Assembly (NCBI GenBank): GCA_046761065.1
Contig: JBHIFL010000023.1
Location: forward strand, 1 to 49,930
From: Candidatus Heimdallarchaeota archaeon
GTDB lineage: Archaea > Asgardarchaeota > Wukongarchaeia > Wukongarchaeales > JBHIFL01
DNA: 49,930 bases
Direction of reading: 5' to 3'
The notes under the pieces are model-generated. The model was not told the origin of the DNA and ran no database searches. It saw only the letters and a list, made by a program, of their open reading frames with translations. Below are positions 1 to 9,307 of this stretch, piece after piece. The position numbers and the translations under genes are program-made. Position 1 is the stretch's first letter. Each line of letters starts with the position of its first letter.

Positions 1-207
1 ATTAATAATAGGTCTTACATTGATTTATTGAAAGTTCCAGGTATCGGTCCCAAAAGTGCTGCAAGGATCATTAAGCTACAGGAAACCGGAGTTAAGATAA
101 AATCCTATGAACAACTCAAGCGGATCGGCGTAGTCTTGCAGCGTGCTAGTCCATTCGTTATTGTTAACGGTAAATTACAAGAAACCTTGGATAAATGGTG
201 GAAATGA
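1..207 (+). CDS. C-terminal part (truncated by window edge) of putative DNA modification/repair radical SAM protein with helix-hairpin-helix domain (TIGR03916-like)
   Basis: Not in ORF track. Frame 1 reads INNRSYIDLLKVPGIGPKSAARIIKLQ...QETLDKWWK*. The LLKVPGIGPKSA HhH motif and the overlap with a DUF4130 gene match the known gene pair. Confidence 0.8.
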   Translation: MNNRSYIDLLKVPGIGPKSAARIIKLQETGVKIKSYEQLKRIGVVLQRASPFVIVNGKLQETLDKWWK

Positions 208-842
208 AGAAAATTGACATCCTTAATCGCTTAAGAAGGAATCAAAATTGTTCTATGGAATTTATAGAACAAGTGAGCAGAGAAGATCCGGAATTTTTTG
301 AAAACTTAGCCACAGACATTGCAAAAAAAGCAGAAAAGCTTGCGAAGGACGTTTCTCGAGAAGCTTATAAAGTCCGAGCATTCACGCGGTTAAATCTATC
401 ACGTCATGGAATACTATTCGCAGCTATTGAACCCAAATATCATGTTGAAGACCTTGTAGTGAAATGGTTCTGGAAGCGCTTTCCCCAGTTCGTGATTGCA
501 CTAGAGTCTAAACTAAAACGAGGAGTGTTCCTTTTCGGACCGGGATTCTCTGATGTAATATTTACTAAGGCACCCCTTAAAGAAGTGATCGAAGATTTAG
601 AATCGCGATTACCAATAAAACCCTTATTAGAAGAGGTTGCTGAATTTTCGGAAAGAATTTGGCAAAAATACTATGCATTCCAATATGTTCCTTCTCGAAA
701 AAATCTTAAACTCTTCTTAAAATTCTTACCTCGAAAATATCAAAAATGGAAGGGATTAGTAACTGAGGCAAGTTTTGGAAACCGGAGATTAGATGAATTT
801 TTTCAACCCGTCATTGATAATAAAAAGGATCAACATTTATGA
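195..842 (+). CDS. DUF4130 / TIGR03915-like putative DNA metabolism protein
   Basis: Motifs VSREAYKVRAFTRL, IEPKYHV..FWKRFP and WQKYY..PSRKNLKL..LPRKY fit DUF4130. Overlaps the upstream radical SAM gene; the start may be ATG 204. Confidence 0.8.
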   Translation: MVEMKKIDILNRLRRNQNCSMEFIEQVSREDPEFFENLATDIAKKAEKLAKDVSREAYKVRAFTRLNLSRHGILFAAIEPKYHVEDLVVKWFWKRFPQFVIALESKLKRGVFLFGPGFSDVIFTKAPLKEVIEDLESRLPIKPLLEEVAEFSERIWQKYYAFQYVPSRKNLKLFLKFLPRKYQKWKGLVTEASFGNRRLDEFFQPVIDNKKDQHL

Positions 843-954
843 ATAGTAAATTTTTGGGATTTGTTTTGTCAATAAATTAAATAGTATTTTTGAGAATCTT
901 TACCGAAAAGCTATTCATAGCTTTAGTCATTTAATCTTCAGTAGTGATCAGAAG

Positions 955-2136
955 GTGAGTGAATCGGTGAATTTTGAAGAAGAATACTTGAAGACTATTA
1001 TACTCGTAGGCAGACTTATTGAAGAGAAGACAGGGACTAATCTTGTTGATGCATTTTTTGGTCCAGAAAAATTAGCTCCTAACAACATTAACATTACAGG
1101 TCCATTAAATGAAAGTCTAGTGACCACATTGGAGACCTTAGACGATGCTGCAACTCAGATATCAAACCCATTACGTCAGAAATATATTCATTATTCTCTC
1201 ATCTCTCTTAAAACAGTAGTACAGTGGGTTTTAGGTAAACCATTCACATATTTAGATCTCGTTTATTACCTATTTCGCATTCAACCACGTCGGATACCCG
1301 AAAAAACAATTGATAAGGTGCAAAAAAAGCTAGAAGTAGCATGTAAGGATCTTAAGTTACGTGGAAAGAGTATTCATGAAAAGATTAACATTTGGGAGAA
1401 AAAAAACGCCCTTAAAGGACAGGAACTGAAGAGGGCTATCGAAACGGTGGTTGCAACAAGATCACGGGAAATCCAAGAGTTGTTTCAGAAAAAGATTTTT
1501 GCACTACTGCCAGAACCAGTACAAAATAATGGTATTATATGGGAGACCGCCACAGGGAAGCCATGGGGTGGCTATAACTACTATCAGGGGAATTATGTTA
1601 GTAAAAATATAGTTTGTGTCGATAATCCAAGAAATATTGACCAAATGCAAAGGCTGATCACCCATGAAACAGAACACCACATTGCACTTCTGTTTCGGGA
1701 AAAATATTTCCACGAACATCATGCACTCGATCTCGCTGCTGTTCCCCTACACACACCGTCATCTGTAATTGATGAAGGAACCGCAGATTGTGCTCAAGAA
1801 TTTTTGGAGTTAACTAATGGGAGTACATTGGAACAAATGATTAAGTGGCTTCAAGAACTCCGAAGGTTGGTGCGGGTTAACATAGCGTATGATATGAATA
1901 CAAAATGGTTAGATTTTGAAGATGCACTAGAAATCTTATGTGACCGCACGTACACGGATCTTAAGAAGGCCAAATCATTATTACAATTTACTAAACCAAA
2001 TATCACTGGTAAGATTAATTTTTGGGCACCTTATGTTTTCGCATACTTTTTTGGGAAAAAAGATTATGTGCTACCTCTTTTCGAAAAAGCTCGAAAAAAG
2101 GAAAACTTCGCGAATTCTTTGAAATCCTCTATTTAA
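955..2136 (+). CDS. Uncharacterised gluzincin-like (HExxH) metalloprotein, DUF885-like; C-terminus probably continues in the -1 frame to 2189
   Basis: THETEHH followed by DEGTAD; WGGYNYYQG motif; 393-aa ORF. Confidence 0.6.
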   Translation: MSESVNFEEEYLKTIILVGRLIEEKTGTNLVDAFFGPEKLAPNNINITGPLNESLVTTLETLDDAATQISNPLRQKYIHYSLISLKTVVQWVLGKPFTYLDLVYYLFRIQPRRIPEKTIDKVQKKLEVACKDLKLRGKSIHEKINIWEKKNALKGQELKRAIETVVATRSREIQELFQKKIFALLPEPVQNNGIIWETATGKPWGGYNYYQGNYVSKNIVCVDNPRNIDQMQRLITHETEHHIALLFREKYFHEHHALDLAAVPLHTPSSVIDEGTADCAQEFLELTNGSTLEQMIKWLQELRRLVRVNIAYDMNTKWLDFEDALEILCDRTYTDLKKAKSLLQFTKPNITGKINFWAPYVFAYFFGKKDYVLPLFEKARKKENFANSLKSSI

Positions 2137-2222
2137 ATCCTTACAGTCGCTCAATTATGACTTGGGAGGATGCATTCACTTCGATTTAACTATAATCCGA
2201 GTTATTTGAATCTTGTGACATT

Positions 2223-2666
2223 TCATTCTTGAGTAATTGTTCCTCCTAGTGCTCCTCCAACGCCCGCTTCAATTGCTGCGGTTATAAATCCTATTAACAT
2301 TGTTTCGCCGTAGGTGTTCAAGAGGTCTCCAACTCCAACCCCGTCTAAAAGGAGAAGCATAATAATGAATAGGATCAAAACAATTATTGTCGCTAGGATT
2401 CCTCCAATCGCACCTTTTTGGGGACTTTTTGACGCCAATCCTCCAATAATCCCAGCTAGAAGCCATGGTATCACTGACCATATTATGGAATTTAATGAGA
2501 AATTACGGGATTTAACAATTGCCTCAGGAGCCCGTAGAAGATCTAAAATTAAATTCTTTACGATAGTAGTGGCATCAGCTGCAAATGGTCTGTCTATGAG
2601 GATATAAGCCACAATTTGGAGAAAGAAGGCGCAAATTAATGTGATTAAGGTCTTTTTTCGAGTCAT
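2223..2666 (-). CDS. Small multi-pass membrane protein of unknown function
   Basis: About 4 hydrophobic Gly/Ala-rich helices (GIIGG, GAIGG, GVGGALGG); GGAG RBS upstream. Confidence 0.75.
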   Translation of the reverse strand: MTRKKTLITLICAFFLQIVAYILIDRPFAADATTIVKNLILDLLRAPEAIVKSRNFSLNSIIWSVIPWLLAGIIGGLASKSPQKGAIGGILATIIVLILFIIMLLLLDGVGVGDLLNTYGETMLIGFITAAIEAGVGGALGGTITQE

Positions 2667-2809
2667 TTCAATTACTCCTTCAGATCTGGTGTATTCAATT
2701 AGATGATTTTAAAAATTTAAGGGAAGGATATAATTATAACCTTGGTATAACTAAAATGAAGTTTCTCTAATCTTATCAGAAAGTTTTTACGTAATAAGGC
2801 ACGAAGTAC

Positions 2810-4132
2810 CTAAGGATACAATCGTCCGATAGTTCTTGGATAGGGAATGGCTTCCCTAATGTGATTTAAATCGCAGATCCATTGAACTACCCTTTCTATA
2901 CCCATTCCAAAGCCAGAATGGGGAACTGTGCCGAATCGCCTTAGGTCGAGGTACCATTGGTGTGCTTCCTTTGGGAGTCCAAATTCTTTAAGCCGCCGTT
3001 CAAGTAATTCATAGTTTGAGATTCTTTCACTTGCCCCGATGATTTCTCCATACCCTTCAGGAGCTAGGAGATCATTACAAAGTACTACTTCAGGATTTTC
3101 AGGATCAGGTTCCATATAGAAAGCTTTAGCCCTCACTGGATATCGATGGACAATTACTGGTAGTTCAAAAAGATGGGAAATATATCTTTCGTGAGGAGCA
3201 CCCAAATCATCGCCCCAGGTGATTTGAAGTTTTGGGTCTTTAACAGAAGCTTTTTGAAGCTTTCCTACCGCCTCAGTGTAACTAATCCGGGGATATGGAG
3301 GTTCTACCTTTTCCAAAGGAGTCAGATCACGTTTTAGCACATTGAACTCTCGTGAGCAACGTTCCAACACACGTTTGACAATGGTTGTAATGAGGCCTTC
3401 TTCTACCTTGATGCAGTCTTCATGATCCATATAGGCCATTTCTGGTTCAAGCATCCAAAATTCTGTCAAATGCCGTCGAGTTCTGGATTTTTCTGCACGA
3501 AAAGTCGGACCATAACAATACACCTTTCGAAAGATGAAAATATCGGCTTCATTGTAGAGTTGCCCGCTCTGAGACAAGTAAGCCTTCCGTCCAAAGTATT
3601 CTGTTTCGAATAGTGTTGTTGTATCTTCACAGATGCTTGGAGTCAATATTGGAGTATCGACACAAACGAAACCTTCCCCATCTAAATATTCCCTAGCAGC
3701 TCTTATCACCTCTGCTCTAACTCGTAATATCGAAAATTGTCGTGGACTTCTTATCCATAGATGTCTGCGATCCATGAGGACATCAGGCCGATCACTGGTA
3801 TGGATGGGCCATTCATCTGCCACTTGGAAGACTGTCAACCTCTGCATTTGTAGTTCATATCCACCTGGCGCTCGTTTGTCCTGTGTTATGTTCCCTTCAA
3901 CTATGACTGAACTCTCTTGGGTCAATTGTTCAGCCATCTGAAAAACTTCAGAACTGACATCTTCTCGGTGAACGGTCACTTGAAGAACTCCGGTTCCATC
4001 TCTGATCCACAGGAATAGAACACCCCCCACATCAAATTTCTGCTGGATCCAGCCTGCGATCTTTGCATATGGGTATTCGGTTTCATCCAATTTCCCATCA
4101 AGTATATCTGCCACTTGCTGAAAATCGTGCAT
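2810..4132 (-). CDS. asnS: Asparagine--tRNA ligase
   Basis: N-terminal OB-fold (WIRDGTG), YLSQSGQLY, GPTFRAEKSRTRRHLTEFWMLEPE, VPHSGFGMGIER. Start is probably ATG 4132 rather than 4177. Confidence 0.93.
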   Translation of the reverse strand: MHDFQQVADILDGKLDETEYPYAKIAGWIQQKFDVGGVLFLWIRDGTGVLQVTVHREDVSSEVFQMAEQLTQESSVIVEGNITQDKRAPGGYELQMQRLTVFQVADEWPIHTSDRPDVLMDRRHLWIRSPRQFSILRVRAEVIRAAREYLDGEGFVCVDTPILTPSICEDTTTLFETEYFGRKAYLSQSGQLYNEADIFIFRKVYCYGPTFRAEKSRTRRHLTEFWMLEPEMAYMDHEDCIKVEEGLITTIVKRVLERCSREFNVLKRDLTPLEKVEPPYPRISYTEAVGKLQKASVKDPKLQITWGDDLGAPHERYISHLFELPVIVHRYPVRAKAFYMEPDPENPEVVLCNDLLAPEGYGEIIGASERISNYELLERRLKEFGLPKEAHQWYLDLRRFGTVPHSGFGMGIERVVQWICDLNHIREAIPYPRTIGRLYP

Positions 4133-4478
4133 TCCCACGCACCTTTTTGTAATCCACGGAGTAGACCATAGCCTCATTCTTTAACACCTTTTCAAATATG
4201 CCTAAAATATTAAGATTGAGGCTCCTGCGAATTGACGTATTCGGGGATTTATAGATCGAACTTCCATTTTTAGGGATTATCTTAACTTAAAAAGCAAGAT
4301 ACCTGTTGATTCAAGTCTTTGTATGTTTATGGGCTGTTTAGACATGCGAGAAGTAGGAATAAGTGAAAATAATGATCAAACTGAAAACTTTTTTTTGGTT
4401 TATAGCAAGGCTCTAAAGCCAAACTCCCATCAATCTATAAAAATCTCGGCTTTATACCGCGATAATCCACTTAAATGA

Positions 4479-6275
4479 CTATTTTGCTGTGAATTTTTCA
4501 AGCAGTTTTGTGGCTAACCTCATATGCTCTAAAACATTACTGAATGCATTCAAGACTCTATTCCTCTCCCTCCGGAACTTCGTCTCCCAGAGATTGAACA
4601 CTTCACGATCTTCCCTCAACTCGCTCATTTTTATAATAGGTATGTATAACCTTGGAATCGGCTTCCCGACTAAGTAATACCCATAGGGATCCTGGTCGTA
4701 TTTATCAGCCTCCATCCAAAGGATGTTAGATAGTTCCCTACTCACCTTAATTGAGACTTCATTTATGAGATTTATAGCCTCCTCCTCTTCCCTGATTCGA
4801 TGTGATAACACCTCTTCTTTCCACTTATTTAGTATTTTAACAGATTTCTCAAGCTGCGCAGTCTTCTTGATTAGATCATCTAACTCAATTGATTCAATAT
4901 CTCCTGATAGCTTCTGTAGAGAGTCAAGGTGTGATTTCAACACGTCTGCAAGCTCCTGTAGATTGTAGGGCACAATTTTCGAGTTGCATAGCCACAATAT
5001 AAGGGTTGCAAAGAAATGCAGGTGTTTTTCAAAGAGTTCTCTATCGAGTTTATCTATCGTATCCGCTTCACTGTGGAGCCATGGGCTTAGAGATGCCCAG
5101 TTAAGCCTTTCAAGCTCTTCAGGTGTATAGCCAGTTGAAAAACCGATATACGGGACTCCTACTCCAAGGAAGGACTCATCCCCACCCTTATAAGCCAGAT
5201 CCCAATCGCCCATCTTCCCCCAGACTTCTTGGACAACATCTAATAGAAATTCCCTGACTTCAGGCACACTTCTGGATCTTGGAACGCTAGTCCCCCGTAT
5301 CCCGGGGTTATCGATATTTACATAGGCGATACAGTTTTCCGCCAATTCGCCCCAATTAATATCGACAAAATGGGTTGATCCAGCTGCTTCAGCGATCTCA
5401 TGTCCATCCCAGAAGGCGAATACAATGCTCCTCTTGAGCCATTTCCTATGCTTGGCAAAGACTCTTGCCAACTCTAGTGTAAGGGCATTGCCCGATGAGT
5501 TGCAGATGGCGGTCTTCCCCCAAGCCTCTAGGTGGCCTCCGACAAGAACGAACTCTTCCGGTTTCTCCTCACCAGGAAGAATCCCCACAGGTTGGTTCGC
5601 TGGAACCCATTCTCTTGTTGCTTCAGCACGTAACCAGACAACAACCCTTCCCTTCGAGCAGAGCTCCTTTAAATACTCCCCCGAGGCTCTGGTAATGCTG
5701 ATGACAGGGATCTGAGGGATTTTTTTGAAGTTCTCCGGTGTTGGATTACCCCAAACAGATTTTATGGCCCCCATTTGGATGACTGGATTATCTGGTGTCC
5801 CCCAGTTCATTATAATCATGGCTATCGCCTGCTTCTCAAGGGCGATTCTCGCCTTCTCGGGTCTGGGAGGAGCCCATGTCATATCCACAAGGATGATTCT
5901 ATCCCTTGCTTCGATGCCTTCGTAATCTTCATATCGCCCCGCACCAGCGTATACCAGCTCACCAGTTAACCTGTCATCACTAGTAGAGGATATGTGACAA
6001 CAGGGCCTAGCCTCTATAACGTAGGGTTCAGGGTATATGACCTTAAGAGCAGCAGAGCCTGGGTTACTATGATACATGTAAAACTTCTCGACCCTAGTAT
6101 CTATGCCGTAACTTTCAAGCTGTTTTTTAATATAATTTGCAGCTTTTTCAATGGCTTTCGTCCCAGCAAGCCGCTCTCCCACCTTATCAACGAGGAAAGT
6201 TATATGTTTAAAGGATTCATCAACTGATACGTCCGCTATTATTCCCTGTTTAGCTTTTTTCATCTTCTCGTCCAA
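4479..6275 (-). CDS. M28-family peptidase with PA domain and C-terminal helical (TfR-dimer-like) region
   Basis: RLAGT..EKAANYI, PA domain (GELVYAGAG..EDY), GGHLEAW, LELARVF..LKRSIVFAFWDGHE, YVNIDNPG, WLHSEADT. Confidence 0.85.
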   Translation of the reverse strand: MDEKMKKAKQGIIADVSVDESFKHITFLVDKVGERLAGTKAIEKAANYIKKQLESYGIDTRVEKFYMYHSNPGSAALKVIYPEPYVIEARPCCHISSTSDDRLTGELVYAGAGRYEDYEGIEARDRIILVDMTWAPPRPEKARIALEKQAIAMIIMNWGTPDNPVIQMGAIKSVWGNPTPENFKKIPQIPVISITRASGEYLKELCSKGRVVVWLRAEATREWVPANQPVGILPGEEKPEEFVLVGGHLEAWGKTAICNSSGNALTLELARVFAKHRKWLKRSIVFAFWDGHEIAEAAGSTHFVDINWGELAENCIAYVNIDNPGIRGTSVPRSRSVPEVREFLLDVVQEVWGKMGDWDLAYKGGDESFLGVGVPYIGFSTGYTPEELERLNWASLSPWLHSEADTIDKLDRELFEKHLHFFATLILWLCNSKIVPYNLQELADVLKSHLDSLQKLSGDIESIELDDLIKKTAQLEKSVKILNKWKEEVLSHRIREEEEAINLINEVSIKVSRELSNILWMEADKYDQDPYGYYLVGKPIPRLYIPIIKMSELREDREVFNLWETKFRRERNRVLNAFSNVLEHMRLATKLLEKFTAK

Positions 6276-6530
6276 CCTTCTTGAGGATATAACGTTTTAA
6301 AAAAATACTTAAGTGTTACGTGCGCATTTAATGTTGATTCTCAAAGCAAATCCTATTCTTCAACTAGAAATCAAAGATTTAGTGCTTCTTGAGAAGCTTC
6401 TATAAATGGACCAATGGCTTTATTAGATTTGAAAGGGTTTGATAGGAAAAATTCTATTTAACTCATCAAGAAATTATTAATCAAAAAAAGGAATGATTTT
6501 CCTGAGATTTGATTTAAGGAAGGGCTTCTA

Positions 6531-7772
6531 ATGTTACAACGAAGTGAATTACGTCCGAAACCGTTTGAGGCTACAAATTGGCTAAAAACGCTTATGACGG
6601 AATATTATAAAGAATTAGATCACGCTTCAAAAAACAAGAACGAAAAAGTCGCGTGGTGCACGAGTGTTGGACCTGCTGAACTTCTTTTAGCCTTTGGCTT
6701 CAAAATATATTATCCGGAGAATCATGGTGCCATTTTAGGCACTACCCGCACCGCAAACACTTACATCCCCCTTGCACATGCGCTTGGTTACTCACCGGAA
6801 ATCTGTTCATACCTGACAAGCGACATTGGAGCATTCTTGAAGAATGAAACACCATTAAGTAAGGCTTATGGGATCGAATCCGTTCCAAAGCCCGATATCT
6901 TAGTATATAACACAAATCAATGCCGGGATGTTCAAGAGTGGTTTTCCTTTTATGCTCGCAAGCTTGGGGTTCCCATCTTAGGAATAAATTCCCCGTGCGC
7001 CTTAGACGAGATAGAGCCGAGTCACATCAAAGATATTGCAGACCAGCTCCAGCAAATGAAAGACTCATTGGAAGAGATTTCAGGGGCTTCATTTGAGATG
7101 AATCGGCTAAAACACACAATATCCCTTTCTATGGAAGGTTCCAAACTTTGGAAAGCTGTTCTCAACACGGCCTCGCATGGTCCCTCTCCTTTGACTTTTT
7201 TTGATGGCTGTATCCAAATGGCTCCGGCCGTTTGCTTCCGTGGGGAACAACGTGCAATTGACTTCTACAAAGTTCTGCTGACTGAGCTAGAAGAACGAAT
7301 TCTAAATGGGGTAGCCGCAGTAGATGAGGAGAAATTCAGGCTCTATTGGGAAGGCATGCCTATTTGGGGCAAACTACGGCAAATGGCAACTTTATTTATG
7401 GAACTTCGGACCTGTATTGTTGCGTCAACGTATTGTAATAGCTGGATCTTCGAGATGCTTGATCCGACCAACCCCTTTGAGAGTATGGCGAAAGCCTACT
7501 TGAATATTTTCATTTGCCGATCTGAAGCTCAAAAAGAGAAATATATAATTGAGCACATTAAACGCTTCAAGATTGATGGGGTGATCTTCCATGATTCCAA
7601 AACATGCCCGAACAATTCTAATGCCCGTTATGGAATGCCTCGTCGGCTTCAAGAAGACAATCAAATCCCCACATTAGTTCTGGACGGAGACCTCAACGAC
7701 TTGAGTTGCTATTCAGAGGAACAGGCAACAACCAATATCGAAGCGTTTATTGAACAGTTAGAGGGGGCATGA
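6531..7772 (+). CDS. 2-hydroxyacyl-CoA dehydratase / class I benzoyl-CoA reductase family Fe-S subunit (HgdA/BcrB-like)
   Basis: YPENH, GYSPEICSY, NQCRDVQEWF, RLYWEGMPIW, DGVIFHDSKTC, LDGDLND. Confidence 0.88.
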   Translation: MLQRSELRPKPFEATNWLKTLMTEYYKELDHASKNKNEKVAWCTSVGPAELLLAFGFKIYYPENHGAILGTTRTANTYIPLAHALGYSPEICSYLTSDIGAFLKNETPLSKAYGIESVPKPDILVYNTNQCRDVQEWFSFYARKLGVPILGINSPCALDEIEPSHIKDIADQLQQMKDSLEEISGASFEMNRLKHTISLSMEGSKLWKAVLNTASHGPSPLTFFDGCIQMAPAVCFRGEQRAIDFYKVLLTELEERILNGVAAVDEEKFRLYWEGMPIWGKLRQMATLFMELRTCIVASTYCNSWIFEMLDPTNPFESMAKAYLNIFICRSEAQKEKYIIEHIKRFKIDGVIFHDSKTCPNNSNARYGMPRRLQEDNQIPTLVLDGDLNDLSCYSEEQATTNIEAFIEQLEGA

Positions 7773-8552
7773 GTGGGGGATTCCGTCTTTGCAGGCATAG
7801 ATGTCGGCTCTGCGACTACAAAAGCGGTTATCATAAACCAATCCAAAAAAATAATTGGCCATTTCATAAGAAAAAGTGGAACATCCCTAGAAGAGGCCGC
7901 GGAACAGAGTTTTCAAGAGGCTCTGCAGGCTGCAGCGCTCTCCAGAACCCAGGTCGGTTATATTGTAGCAACAGGCTATGGACGAAAGAATGTTCCTTTT
8001 GCAGATCAGACTGTCACGGAAATTAGTTGTACGGCACGTGGAAGTCGCCATTACTTTCCAGTAGCTAGCACTATCATAGATATTGGAGGTCAAGATACAA
8101 AAATCATCAAAATCGATGCAATGGGTAAACTTATCGACTTTCGAATGAATCGTAAGTGTGCTGCTGGCACCGGAACCTTCTTAGAAGAGATCGCATATAA
8201 ATTAGACGTGCCACTCAACCAACTTGATCATCTGGCACAGAAATCCACAAGGAATGCAACCCTCACCAGTTTTTGTACCGTCTTTGCATCAACCGAAATC
8301 CTTCAACGAATAAGAGCTGGTGAAAAAGTGGAAGATTTAATACGAGGGGCCTTCCAATCTGTAGCAAATCGAGTATTTGAAATGGACACCCTAACGGAAC
8401 ATGTGGTAATGGTTGGAGGTGTTATTGCCTACAATCCAACTATTATTGAACTATTGAATGCTAAGTTAAACACGAGGATTCTTATCCCTCCGAATCCACA
8501 GTTTGTTGCTGCGTTTGGTGCCAGTCTATTTGCACTGGAAGCGCCCAACTAG
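7773..8552 (+). CDS. ATP-dependent acyl-CoA dehydratase activator (HgdC / BadF-BadG-BcrA-BcrD ASKHA ATPase)
   Basis: GIDVGSATTK, ATGYGR, IDIGGQDTK, MNRKCAAGTG, SFCTVFA (both 4Fe-4S Cys present). Confidence 0.93.
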   Translation: MGDSVFAGIDVGSATTKAVIINQSKKIIGHFIRKSGTSLEEAAEQSFQEALQAAALSRTQVGYIVATGYGRKNVPFADQTVTEISCTARGSRHYFPVASTIIDIGGQDTKIIKIDAMGKLIDFRMNRKCAAGTGTFLEEIAYKLDVPLNQLDHLAQKSTRNATLTSFCTVFASTEILQRIRAGEKVEDLIRGAFQSVANRVFEMDTLTEHVVMVGGVIAYNPTIIELLNAKLNTRILIPPNPQFVAAFGASLFALEAPN

Positions 8553-8649
8553 CTGAGCTAAAGACTTGTCTTCGATTTTCTTAGTTATAACAGGCAGATT
8601 CCACTCGTTTTCACCTCTTATATCTAGGAAATTACTGCCTTATGCGTAA

Positions 8650-9180
8650 AGCGAAGACAATTACTTTACAAAAATCTCTCGCCCTATCGAGATGGGCTGT
8701 AACATGCTCAAGTTGGGCAATTTTGGTTTTGCTCTTAAAGCGTACATCTGATAGGCGGTGAGCCGATGTAAACTAACTTATAGATAATAAGAGTGGAGTC
8801 GACTGTGCTGCTTGTTGTGTAATTTCAAATTTTTTTACCAGTCTTCGCATCTAACGCATAGACATTCTGACCCCGTGAATTTACATAGATTATGCCTTGA
8901 AAACTGTATGAGATGACCATATCCACCCTTTTATATTAAATTTTCATATCAACTCCTCAGTACTGGCATTTAGAGCATAAGCCTTATAATCACTGGAGCC
9001 CACATAGAGAACACCATTATAAATAATAGGAGATGAGAGCATCGAGCCCTCGGTTTCGTATTTCCATTTTACGCAGGCTTTTGAGTTTTGACGAAATCTG
9101 TTGATACATAACAATCAAAACAACCGGATTTAGTATAACCAAAACCAAGATTGCAACTGCAGTACGACTTATAGATTATT
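8650..9180 (-). pseudogene. Decayed PQQ-like (BamB-type) beta-propeller protein
   Basis: Minus strand reads KWKYETEGSMLSSPIIYNGVLYVGSSDYKAYALNASTEELI*KF, then after a frameshift QGIIYVNSRGQNVYALDAKTGKKI*NY..LVYIGS. A hydrophobic leader lies upstream. Ends are approximate. Confidence 0.75.
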
Positions 9181-9307
9181 AACTACCTTTGATTAACATA
9201 TTATAACATATTATTTATTTTCAGGAAATAAAACCCTTGGGAAACAGATTTTTAATGAAAAACCCTTGGGAGGATTCTAGTTCAAAGAATTGCATAGGTG
9301 AGTTGGC

